Positions 15,755 to 51,000 of a stretch of DNA of 64,000 nucleotides are shown here, piece after piece. Source of the stretch: Amoebidium appalachense (Eukaryota; Protista; Ichthyosporea); NCBI GenBank assembly GCA_963693365.1, contig CAVNZM010000015.1, positions 434,001 through 498,000 of the forward strand, in the 5' to 3' direction. A program made the translations under genes and the position numbers. Within the stretch, counting starts at the first letter, position 1. Every line of letters begins with the position of its first letter. A model generated the notes under the pieces. That model saw only the letters and a list, made by a program, of their open reading frames with translations. It was not told the origin of the DNA and made no database searches.

Positions 15755-17508
15755 CGCACGCACGCGCGTGTGTGTGTGGCGCCTGTGTGTGCACATGTGA
15801 CACGGTGGGGTGGGGGGGCACCGGTGGGGTGGGAGCTTACATGATGCAGGTATAAACACCATTACCGCCGGGGATGAGCCACGCACAAAAATACTAACTC
15901 CCACCCGCCCCCAGCCCACCCACCTGCGCACACACACACACAAGGCTTACACACACGTGCATGGTACACTGATGTACCAAGCTTGCGCACTGACACACAC
16001 ACACACACACATACACACACACACATGCACACACACTCATGATCACACACACACTCACACACACACGTGCATGCTGCCGCAAGTGCACTGCGCGGCACTA
16101 ATATTTTTAATGAGCACGACCGCATGCATATGCAAGCATGTAAGTGCACCCCTTCCGCCCATGGCCAGCCACACACGTAACAGTGCACACACGTCACTCC
16201 CACCCACGCACAACAGTGTGCCTCCGCACGCATTTTAAATTGCCAACGACTGAGGTGACTGTATGTGTATAAATAAATCCGAAAAGCCTCTAGTGTCAGA
16301 CGGTAGCATGATTTCATTGAATTTCCGAAGTGTAGAGTATACTGTCAGGTTCAGTGTTATCTTTTCCTTTTTTCAACACAGCCACGTATCGAGTCTGTTG
16401 AGTTGCCAGCGGTTACCGGGTATCCTAGAATCCTGTGCGAATTCTTCAACGTTTAAAACATTTCACATTACCTGCCTGGGCGTCCACCTGAGCAGAACAT
16501 ACGGCGAAAATCGCAAAGGAAAGCACCCACACCGTCCTTGGCAGGGGCCCTGCCATTTTTTTCGACGGGTAACCGGGACTCTCTGACGAAGAATCCGGTT
16601 TTTATATATCCCTTCGGTCTTCCGAAGCAGCCTGTGTCCTTCTTATAGGCTTATTATCTGCGTGAGGTTTTGTTGTGGTGGCAGAAAAATTACTACCTAT
16701 TGAATGGCAAGTTCCTGCGTTTAAGGTGCTCAAACTGGGATATTTTGCACTTGAACGTTCCGTGTCATCAAGGTGAGTGTATGTATTAAGGGGCAGAGCT
16801 CAAAACGTACGTATGCATGTAATATAATTTAGTGCCTTGCGTTCTCTAGATCTCTCAACGGTTTCTAGCCAGCTTCAAACACGGCCGAGCCCCTCTGAAT
16901 ATCATCCAACAAAAGTTGCTATGATGCTTCAATCATCAAAGACACCACGAAAGCTTGTAGTTTTCACCACTCGAAACCTTTACTTCAGACACCAAGCACA
17001 CACCCCATGGCCATATACCGAGCATACCGTCACAGACACGTCAAGCTGGGCTACACAACAACATGATACCCAAATATGGCTGACCCTGGTCCATTCCGAT
17101 TGGCTGACACTTTACCATCCTGCCGCACGGTTCACTTTTTTCTTTTTTCTGGCGTCACTGAAACAAAACCACAGATGTATAAGGCCCTGAGTAACTCTGT
17201 AAGTGAAGTATCAAGGCAAAACATTGTTGCCGCAGGCCCCGTTTCCGTCCCCCCCTGTCCCCCCCTCCCCCCCCCCCCCCCCCGTCCCCCCCCCCTCCTC
17301 CCCCCCCCCCCCCCTCCCCGTGGGGGCTAAGGCTTTTCGAAGTTACCCATTTTCTCTGGACGAGAAAATCATTTGATTTGAGGCTCGTGTACATTAGGCT
17401 AACTTGCTTCACTTTAATTTCTCTTCTTTCAAAGTTGTCTGCCCCAAAACCTCCTCCTCCGCCATCTTCGTACTCAACACACACGCACACAACACACACA
17501 CACCGTGC

Positions 17509-17572
<64 letters not shown>

Positions 17573-17612
17573 CACGCACGCACGCACGCACGCATGCACG
17601 CGCACACACACA

Positions 17613-17646
<34 letters not shown>

Positions 17647-17782
17647 GGAAAAAAAAAAAAAGCCCCGTGGGGTGTTGGTGTGGCGGGGCCTACGGACTTT
17701 CGTGTGTCAAGAACGTGACAGGGTGCTTACATGCACATGTCGCACTGCCTGTCAATAAACTAACATATCTGTTCCCACACAG

Positions 17783-18312
17783 TCTTTGCACCAGCCGACT
17801 ACACTACCACCAGCCGCATCTTCCAAAACGGAGACTTTGAAACTCCGGTTATGGCTTCCGGAAGCCAGTTCCAATTCTTTAACCCCGTATGGGTTCCAGG
17901 GTGAGAAACTACCGATACGTCCTTCGAATATTGGAAGACAGGAATGGCGGCATGACCGCATACAAGGGAAATCAATTTGCGGAAATCAGCGCCTATCTTC
18001 CCAGAAGTGCTATATATCAGTACATTGACACAACTCCTGGAGAGGAAATTGAGTTTTCGTTTTCTCACCGTGGGCGTGCGGGGGTCGATACTTTGGAAGT
18101 TTTTGCAGGGCCTGAAATCGTCGGGTTGGCCAACGTAACTTTGAATATTTCTTTGGGACAGTTTGCGAGCGATAAGACGACGTGGAAGCGGTACACGACA
18201 TTCTACATTTTGCCTCAGGGTCAGAACCGAACCGGATTTAGGTTTCAGACTGTGAGCTCTTCGTGCAATGGTGCATGTGGTAATCTGGTGGATGATATTG
18301 TCGTGAGGCCAC
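17783..18312 (+). pseudogene. Disabled exon encoding a galactose-binding-like (DUF642/CBM-like) domain of the type seen in bacterial surface proteins
   Basis: After a CACAG acceptor: FQNGDFETP...WVPG*ETTD..FEYW, then a frameshift near 17940, then AYKGNQFAEISA...IYQYIDTTPG...SHRGRAGVDT...WKRY...PQGQNRTGFRF...GNLVDDI. TGA at 17902-17904 sits at an expected Trp. Family assignment is by motif recognition only. Confidence 0.6.
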
Positions 18313-18934
18313 GTAGGTGCGGGTCTTAAAGTAGGAGAATAGGTGCGGACCTTAAAGTATGAGAAGAGCTGAGCAAAATCAATATGGGCTATCATCAGTA
18401 GTGCAGAAAACAGGAAACTATATAGGCCCGTGGATCTGGCTTGGGAGAGGGGGTTTTTTTTTTTTTGGGAAGAGTTTGTGTAGTCTGTGGACCTTAAAGT
18501 AGGAGAATAGGTGTGGGCTCTAAAGTTGTAGAATAGATGAGGGAAATTAATTCAGGCTATCATCAGCACATATTGGCTGGGAAGTTTTTTTTTTTTTTTG
18601 GTTTGTGTAGTCGTATGGAATACAGGAGATATAAGTGTCGGGCCCGCTGTGAACACACATGCAGCCACAACAGCTTTATTTTTTTTATTTTTTATTATAA
18701 ATTATGAATTGTTTCAAACACTGTTGACCACACTTCCTTTTGGGCCCCTGGTCTTAGTTCGAACCGGGGTTCAACGTTAACCCTCTCTCACGTTCCTGGG
18801 AATGCGTATCACAATGGATAGGAAAACAAAAACAAAAAAAACTGCTCCCTCGGCTGTCGGCCCAACTTTTCTAGTTGGTAGTAAGGAACTATTGAATGGT
18901 GAGTGGGCCAGTGGTGGTGGAACTTCGGACCGCG

Positions 18935-18969
<35 letters not shown>

Positions 18970-19039
18970 TGATGGATTTTCAGGACACCAGCATGTTCTC
19001 GTGGCTACAGTGGTTTGCGAACACAGTGACAACGGCCCC

Positions 19040-19074
<35 letters not shown>

Positions 19075-20154
19075 CCCCTCCCCCCGATGATCTTAAACAT
19101 CCACCAGGTTTGGTAGACCCTATAATCTTAATTTTTGAAGGGAAAAAATAGCACTATTTATCTTACTTTCAAATTATCTTAATATTAGTCACCCCCTGTA
19201 TGCATACTTTCTGCTTTGTCGAGTCCATGATGGGGGTTCATTTCCAAGACCTCCACCCCTCCCCCCCCCCCCCCCCCCCCCCCCCCCCCTGCCGGCACCC
19301 CACTCTCACACTCCCTCTCTCTCTGCCCCAAACCAGTTAATCCGGTGTCATGGTGTGGCCCTCTTCTAGGTCGTCCCTAAGTGACCGCCCCCTCCCCCCC
19401 CCTCCCCCCGGGGCTCCTCCCCCCCCCCCCCCCCCCCTCTTTCCACCTTACCCACTAAACCACAGACTATCACCACTGTGAAATTAGTAGTAAGCCAATA
19501 TAATTGACAATCCCCATCCCCCCCATCGATAAATATTTTCCTACTTTATTGGTCGCTTTATGTTAATTTTTTTTTGCACATACAGTTCTTCTTTCTTCTG
19601 GCCCGGACTTTCAATCTCATCCAAACTTCACCAAACGTGAGTCCCTGATTGTTGACCCCCCCCTCACCCCCCCCCCTTCCCCCTCTTCCCCCAACCGTAT
19701 CCATATCATCTTTTATTTCACCCACCAATACGCGTAACCGATCTCAGAGGCACTACACGATCAAGCCCTCCTTTCCCCATACGCAAACACATGCTTGTCA
19801 CCAAAATCTCCCCCCTCCCTAGACGGCCCCCCCCCGGGGCAGGTAAACAAAAAACGGGTTTTCCTTTTCAACCAAAGTACCTCATATATCCACCTGGCAA
19901 GCTACATCCCTTGAGCGACCTTGTCCCCCCCTACCCCCCTCCCCCAACACCCCCTTCTTCCCCTTCCCCCACAGCAAGCACACACACACACGTGTACAAG
20001 CACCCCCACACGTGTGCACCTTGCTAAAAGGAGGTGAGAGAGCGGGGTGGGGAGGGAGGGCAGGGTAGGGGGTAAAGCGGGAATGCTGCAGGTGGGATCG
20101 GGTGGGTGATTGGGTGTACGTACGCGTGTGTGTGTGCGTGTGTGTGTGCGTGTG

Positions 20155-20185
<31 letters not shown>

Positions 20186-20227
20186 CTGTTGGGGGGGGGG
20201 GGGGGGGGGGGGGGGGAAGGGGGAGGA

Positions 20228-20296
<69 letters not shown>

Positions 20297-20579
20297 GGGC
20301 CCCGGATTAGCACAGACTACACAGTGGTGCCCCCTCGTGTGCGCGTGTGGCTTACTGCGTTTTCTAGCACGGCCACCAAGTAGACGAGCCCGCTACATAT
20401 ACACCGTATCTACATGATAAAAATACACCCAAGACTTATTTGGGTGGAAGTCTAGCTAGATAGGAAAGCCAGAGCCAAGACTACCAAATCAAACTGAGCC
20501 GAATTTAAACTTGTTTTTATAAAACAATAAAAAAAAGTAGGAGTATAGAATAAAATCTATTACAGAAGAACCAAAAGGA

Positions 20580-20652
20580 TGCCCTGGGTGAGGATCGAAC
20601 TCACGACCTTAGGATTATGAGACCTACGCGCTACCTACTACGCTACCAGGAC
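20580..20652 (-). tRNA. tRNA-Met(CAT), elongator type
   Basis: Minus strand GTCCTGGTAGCGTAGTAGGTAGCGCGTAGGTCTCATAATCCTAAGGTCGTGAGTTCGATCCTCACCCAGGGCA folds as a cloverleaf with CAT anticodon, GTTCGA T-loop and G1-C72, followed by a TTTT Pol III terminator. Confidence 0.95.
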
Positions 20653-21053
20653 CTTGTTCACGTCCTAATCCAGCTAATAAAAATGGTATAAGAATAGCCA
20701 TATATAGAAATCTTGAACAATTTGATTGGATGCGCTTTGTTTTGGCGGGAAAATGTTTGGTGCCACCGCCACCCCGGATATCACCTCTTCAGTGCACAAC
20801 GTTAACGTCGGCTGTATCACGTGTTTTTGTAATTACAGTACTTAAAAACGAATTAGCCTTTCACGCTGGGATTCACTACTCAACATAACCTTGATTTAAA
20901 CAGAACTAGCAGGCAACAAAAGGGCAACACACTCACAAACACCTTTTCTCAATTCCTTTTATTCCTTGGGACCACGCACACGCATCCATTCTAAGTATTG
21001 TTTTGTTGTTTTGGTTTGTTTTTATTATAGCATTTAATTTCCAAGCTGATAAA

Positions 21054-35627
<14,574 letters not shown>

Positions 35628-36649
35628 AATGATAACCAGTTGTGGTAATTACTATAACATTTTTTAATTTTTTTTTGTATGAAACTGCTTTCATAACTAG
35701 CAATGTGACTGGTTAACCAGGATGGTTATCATAGTTCGTAAGTGGATAAAGTTTTAGCTTTGCATCATTTACAAGTATTTGGTTGCTTTCATAACTATCA
35801 ATATAATTGATGATAGTTGTTTGATAGTTGTCAGTAGCTTAGTTGTTGAACCCAAACTGCTATATCATCCGTTTTTCTCAACCTCCCCCCCCCCCCCCAA
35901 ACGCACATACACCCACACCCACACACACGCACACACACACACACACACACAATACTGCTATGATCAGAACCGCAGCCGTTTTGCACCGATTCATTTTTTC
36001 GTTTCCCCATCCACCCACCGACTCATTTATCCCCTGGCCCTCACCCCTATCCCTACATCTCTTCAATTTCATTCGTTCAATGCGTCGATAACAACTTTGA
36101 GCAGGGGTGGTTGGAAATTAACGCCACGAAAATACATGTTAAAAGAGGATGCCTTAGGTTTTTTGTAACCGATATTATTGCCTTCCTCCCTGGCTGGTAG
36201 GAGGGTAGTTTCTGTGAAGCATGCGAATGCAATAGTTTTATGCGAATGCAATTGTTTGTGCTAATATGCATTGCAATTACTATCTGTGCATGGAACCGAC
36301 GTCCCTTTTGCTGGAATCCAGGTTATCCCCTTAGATATACCTTTTAATTACTACCGTATCTTGTCTATATTCCTGCTTTTTTAATTGTTTTATAAAAACT
36401 ATTTGCATTTCAGAAAAAGAGTTCAGTGAAGTCACTCTAAAAAATGTATAAATTACAACTAATAAGTGAAAATGTCAACAAAAAATATATCCCGGCTAGT
36501 TGCCTTCACATTCGCGGTTTTTGTACTACGGTGGTAAGGGGTGGTGTACTTTTTGTTCATGTGTTTGTGGATACATTTCGAGGGTTGCACACTTGTTTTT
36601 TTTTTTTGGCGGCGGCGGGGGACTCAGGGGGAGGGAGGGAGAAGGGGGT

Positions 36650-36688
<39 letters not shown>

Positions 36689-36809
36689 CATGAACTGGAC
36701 GGCACCCGACCGTTAAACTGTCGTACTTTATTTCTTTTGGTTTTGCGGGCCGGCAGGCCTAGGATATCAGCAGCAGTTGATCAACAACCACCTCTGAAAA
36801 ACAAAGACT

Positions 36810-36851
<42 letters not shown>

Positions 36852-36855
36852 GCGC

Positions 36856-37122
36856 GCGCGCGTACATATGGGTCCCCGTACTGACATGGCCGTGTGCACT
36901 ACAGGGGTGCCTGTCCATATGTTACAAGCTTTCAGGGCGTAGCAGCACAGCTGCCCACTGTTTTGTGTTTGCGTTCACGACACACACACACACACACGCG
37001 CGCGTACATATGGGTCCCCGTACTGACATGGCCGTGTGCACTACAGGAGTGCCTGTCCATATGTTACAAGCTTTCAGGGCGTAGCAGCACAGCTGCCCAC
37101 TGTTTTGTGTTTGCATTCACGA
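36856..37122. repeat. Near-perfect tandem duplication, period ~142 bp
   Basis: CGCGCGTACATATGGGTCCCCGTACTGACATGG...TGTTTGC(G/A)TTCACGA occurs twice with two substitutions, each copy preceded by (CA)n. Confidence 0.9.
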
Positions 37123-37827
37123 AAGAGCTGCTGAAGAGTGTGACGGCACAAATGAACACACACACACACACACACAGGGGTTGGTAGGGAACAGTCCAGG
37201 TCAGCGACCGAGGGAAGCTCTTTCCCTCACACACAGCCCCAAAAGCATGACTTCAAGCACAAAGCACTAGTAGCAAGCACACACCAATGAACCGGGGAGG
37301 GGGGAGGGGGGGGGGGGGAGGGGGGACAGCGAGATTGGGAACAATCATATGTCTCGGAACACCCGAGTTAATTAACACCACAACAGTTTTAACCTGTTCC
37401 AGCTTATCTGTAGAACTAATGTTGGCTCTACATGCTTGAGCACACGTAGCTTGGACACACACCAGGCAGGCTGAGCACACGAAACAGCGGGTGTCCGGGC
37501 AGCATCGGGCAGTCACTGTGATGGCAACTAAGGCTCCAGCTCACCAGAGATTCAAGGCGCACTATGGGCATTTTCACCACTGTTGGATTCTTGCAGTTGA
37601 TGACATACTGCATTTCACGGTGAGGCCATAACAATTGAAGACGTGCCAAGCGTATTTTCGCTGCAAATGTTCACTTGGTTGAACTCAACTGGCAACTCCA
37701 AGCAGCCGTCAGTCGGCTCATTGCGAAGATGTGATCGATCTCTTGGCCTGCCTAGATCATTTCTGTGGGGATTAGTGGGGGTTAGGCAGGATCATTATTC
37801 TTTACGAGAAACACTCCAACACCACAA

Positions 37828-38350
37828 GCGGTTACGTGCCCTCGACCGTGGCAGCGCTAAGACAGTTGGCCGCCCACAAACACAAACCGACAGAGGCGAA
37901 AATAGAGCCCGAACCGTGACAGCGCCAGGCAGCCCCACGGGGAAACAGAGGCACCGCATGCTACTTCGCAGACCGTGACAGCGCTTCTGAAGTAGCACGC
38001 AGTGCCAAAAGGACAAAAGAGGATGAGGAAGTTAAAAAAAAAAAGGGGGGGGAGGAGCGGAAGAGCCCAGACCGTGACAGCGCCAGGCACCCCGCAAAAA
38101 GACAGAGATAATGCTTGTCACTTCAACGACCGTGTTAGCGCTTAGAAGTAACACTGTCATCATGATTCTGAAGGACGAAAAAGAAGAAAAAAAAAAGGGG
38201 GGGGGGGGGGAGGGGGGGGGAGGAGGAGGAGAAATGTAACAACAGGATAGAAGAGGAGAGCCCAGACCGTGACAGCGCCAGGCCACTAACAAAGGCACCG
38301 CATGCTACTTCGCAGACCGTGACAGCGCTTCTGAAGTAGCACGCAGCACC
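37828..38350 (-). ncRNA. Candidate structured RNA: seven hairpins sharing the apex GCGCUGUCACGGUC
   Basis: Plus-strand motif GACCGTGACAGCGC or a variant starts at 37844, 37912, 37971, 38070, 38128, 38265 and 38315. Each is closed by a stem that pairs better on the minus strand (G-U wobbles). Confidence 0.45.
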
Positions 38351-38804
38351 AGAGAGAAGGACAGAGAAAAAGCATGTTTGAACAACAGAATATTTTAAAG
38401 CCCAGAGCCACCCACCTTCATATGCCGTTGCCCAATGTGGCGATTTCTTCTCGACGCTCGTGGATGAAAACGGCCGATGTCTCTGTTGGCGCCACGGCAT
38501 GCTGCTTTGTTTGACGATGTCTCCTCCGGCAAAGATTCCCCTTTCATGGTTCGGTGTTCCAGCCGGTTGTTGTGCTTGTGGTTGTGCCGTGTATGCTTGC
38601 TCAAGTCGAGTGCATCCACGGTGATCACCCACCTCGTGTACCATGCTCGATTTCCTATGTTTGCTGAGCTATTCTGTGGCGTATGTGTATGTAGGTGACG
38701 CATTTCCTATAAAAGAACTGAAGAGCTTACTTCCTTCTGGTGTTATTGCTCTGTTCCTGACGTTGTGAACTCAGACTGTTTGGGTTTGAGCAGGGTTGTG
38801 AGTG

Positions 38805-38877
38805 TTTTTATAAGGACGCTTAGAGTGGTTCTGAGCATTTGATTGGTTCCACGATTTGCATAGACTTCTCTGATTGG
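38805..38877 (-). promoter_or_regulatory. Putative Pol II promoter (TATA box plus two CCAAT boxes)
   Basis: Minus-strand TATAAAAA at 38805-38812, with CCAATC at 38841-38846 and 38872-38877 upstream, facing the spliced unit that contains the hairpin array. Confidence 0.4.
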
Positions 38878-39371
38878 CTGAACTGTCATTTAGCCAAGTT
38901 AGGTAGCAATAAAATTGCATAGACCAATTTGATTCGTCCATCGACTTTTTGGCGCCAAATCTGCCTCATCGTGTGAAGCATGCTCAAAACATGCAAAACC
39001 GTCACAACAAAAAACAGCCGTGGTCAGCCATGGTATTGGCTGCTGAAAACTCTGTGACATGTATGTACGATTATATTTGTACGCTTGCCAGCTTGCATCA
39101 TATCGTGTGAGTTGCTCATCCTGGTGTGTTCTAGTATTATTAGGTTGAGATGTTACCAACTAATCAAAGAAAAAACCCACACCATCCTTCCGATGGTGAG
39201 AGAGGTTGGGTAAAGGCTGTGCCACTTGGGAATGATTCCGGTGCAAGGGGCAGAAGGCGACAGGTGGCTGGATGGGTGCATGGGTGGGGGTGTGTGGGTC
39301 CCGGGAGGGAAGGGGCCTGGGAGGTGTAAAGGGGGGGGGGGGGGGAGGCAGAGGGGTTGAGCCCGGGGGAA

Positions 39372-39406
<35 letters not shown>

Positions 39407-39572
39407 AGAAAGGAACGAGAGCGACTGTCACATGGAGAGAGGGGTCGGGAGTCTCGACCCCGACTGGGTGGGGTCAAGTCCGTGATTTGGAGACCGGCGG
39501 AGTCAGTGTGTGTGTTTTGGTTGGCCGGAGGGAGAGCGGAGGATGAAGGACGGGAAAACACAGGAATTCAAA

Positions 39573-40158
<586 letters not shown>

Positions 40159-41177
40159 ATGTACATAATTATGGCCATGACGGGTTTATCATGTACGATA
40201 TAATATGGTTACCAAAACGCTTTCCCGTGGGCCACGGACCCACGTGCACCGTAGCCAGTCCAACTGCTCCTCCAGCTGATGCCATACATAGTCGGTTTGA
40301 CTGTCATAATATGTACGTATGCAGCTTCTACTAATTCTCTGACATGTACATGCTTCATATATATGTCGTTTGTTACCTTTGGAGGTAGCTCTCGATTTTC
40401 AAAGAGACATGGCTCTGTTGGATGGTTGCGCAGGTCCTGGCAGAACTCAGGAGGGACCAGCTGGACCAGCGGGCAGCGGGGCGCGGCCGATCTAGAGACA
40501 CTAACCAATCACAATGTTCATCACTATCTATTGGCTCGAATTCTCCAATGATAATTCGGATCAGATCTGTGGAATTTATTTGCGCTGGCACAAAAATTGT
40601 GTTAAACAACTTAAACTCCATTTCATAATAATAATATTAGGGCCCTGCATCGATCTAACTATGTAGCTATATTAGTTAGGGGATGGTTTTGCATGCACAT
40701 GTGGGTGCACAATAGGAATAATCCTATAAAATGGCACGGCATGCATGCGCACATTCCTTCTACTACACACCGGAAGATCTTAGAGATCTGATTTAGATTT
40801 TGTAGATCTCAGGTTTGTGTCCTGTCCTAGGCCTGAGGCTGTATGTCGGTACCGTTCTGTACGCATTCTTCTGAGATTCATGCTGACGCATGGGCGAAGA
40901 GCATTGGTCGACTAGTTCTGCACCACACTCGGCAAATTAAAAGACCTTAGCTCATGTTCTTTTCCTTTATTCTCTTTGGCTAACAAAACGCAAACACGGT
41001 GCCGGGGCTTACCTCAGTTTAGTACCTTGCAACTAAAATTACGGATCATTTCACCTTGCCTCACAGAAAGGCAATAACAAAGCTGTTGTCCTTTTGTAGA
41101 TCGAAACTTAATCCGAGTGATATCGTTGTACGTTCAACTGTGAGAAGAGAACAGTGATATTTTCCTTCTGTTTTAAA

Positions 41178-49623
<8,446 letters not shown>

Positions 49624-50569
49624 GATCTTGGAATGCTTGCACCAACCAGAACTGTCGTGATTGTGATGGAAAAAGCGTGTGTGCTTGTGTGCGTACATGC
49701 GTCGGTGTGTGCGTGTGCGTGTGACCGGGTGTTCGAGGTGAGGTTAACAGAAGCGTGGTGGCATTGCAGTAGGCTACGTTATTATACTCAAAGAAGAGAA
49801 GATTGTGATAACAGCACTCAACTACTGTTACAGTAGCATATTCACAAACAAAAAGAGAAGAAGTACTGTCACTGTAGCCTTAGTTTCGGTTCCTTTCTAC
49901 CATACTTTTAAAGTTGAAAATGTACACGAACAGTGCGTTCACGTTTGACTGCAAAAACTTTCGGCAAAATGACAGTAAAAAAATGCAAGTGAAGCTCTAC
50001 CTAGCGGGCCTTGTGAGGTATGGTATTTTTTACCTTTCTTTTCATTCATTTTTTTCGGGAGAGACGGGGGAAAGGGCCTGTGAACGGGTGGCCCTGATCG
50101 GGGGGGCTGGGGGAAGGGGGGGTTCTATATAGTAAACCCCTTTTCGCTTATTCACCTCGAGAAAACATGACATTGTGTGCACTAGTTTAACACGAAGTAT
50201 ACCCACACAGCATGCACGACAACAACAAGTGCTGCACGTGCGTCGACCACTACCAACGTTGCGGCTGCAACAACAAAATAGCCCAGGAATTACGCGTTTT
50301 TTTTTTTTTGGCGTGTGTAAGATATTCTTCACTATCTTTAACTTAGTATTCTTAGGCATAGTTATGTTGTTGCTTTCGATTTGCTTATTGGCTCGGCTCA
50401 GCCAAGTGCCCACTGGGCACGATCATCAGAAACGTACACATACCATGGCATGCACTGCCTCTCTACGAACAAAATCCAAATAAACACACCGCACGAAGAA
50501 AACCCCTCTACCCTATCGTCCCCCTCCACTACCCTCAATGCGTGGGCGTGTGTTTGTGTACGTGTGTGT

Positions 50570-50619
<50 letters not shown>

Positions 50620-50734
50620 ATGTATGTGTGCATGTGTGGGTGTGTGTCTCTGTGTGTGTGTGTGTGCCGTAGCCAATCAGCAAGAGACTAGCTAAAGACG
50701 GGGAAATGCAACACAGCTCGGGCGGGTGGGTGGG

Positions 50735-50901
50735 GCTAAGTAGGGGCCGACGGGGAAACAAAGCTAAGACGAGTAGAACGAGTCGCCGCCTATATACCAT
50801 AGTCGGCTCCCTAGTGGCCACTGATTGTTGGAACCCTATTCCAACCAATCAGTTGGCCTAAATACATCTCTAAATAGAGCTTGATGAATCAAGCGAAGTA
50901 T
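50735..50901. repeat. Terminal direct repeat of the retroelement, 3' copy
   Basis: Identical to 53196-53362. Confidence 0.95.
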
Positions 50902-51000
50902 TTAGATATGTTGTTGCTATCTGCGACCACATTCTTATTTTACAGAAATAATACACAAAGCTGGATTGTAGGAGCGGCGCGGCGAGTGATTTTCATCCAA

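Noticed and set aside
17902-17904. TGA read as Trp or Sec (alternative genetic code)
   Set aside because: The same exon has a frameshift, conserved Trp elsewhere is TGG, and TGA ends the GH31 model; simple pseudogenisation explains it.
37828-38350. CRISPR array, or C/D or H/ACA snoRNA cluster
   Set aside because: The repeat is only 14 nt, spacing is irregular, the spacers are related to each other and there are no cas genes. One ATGATGA is present on the minus strand but without a matching CTGA box, and there is no ACA tail.
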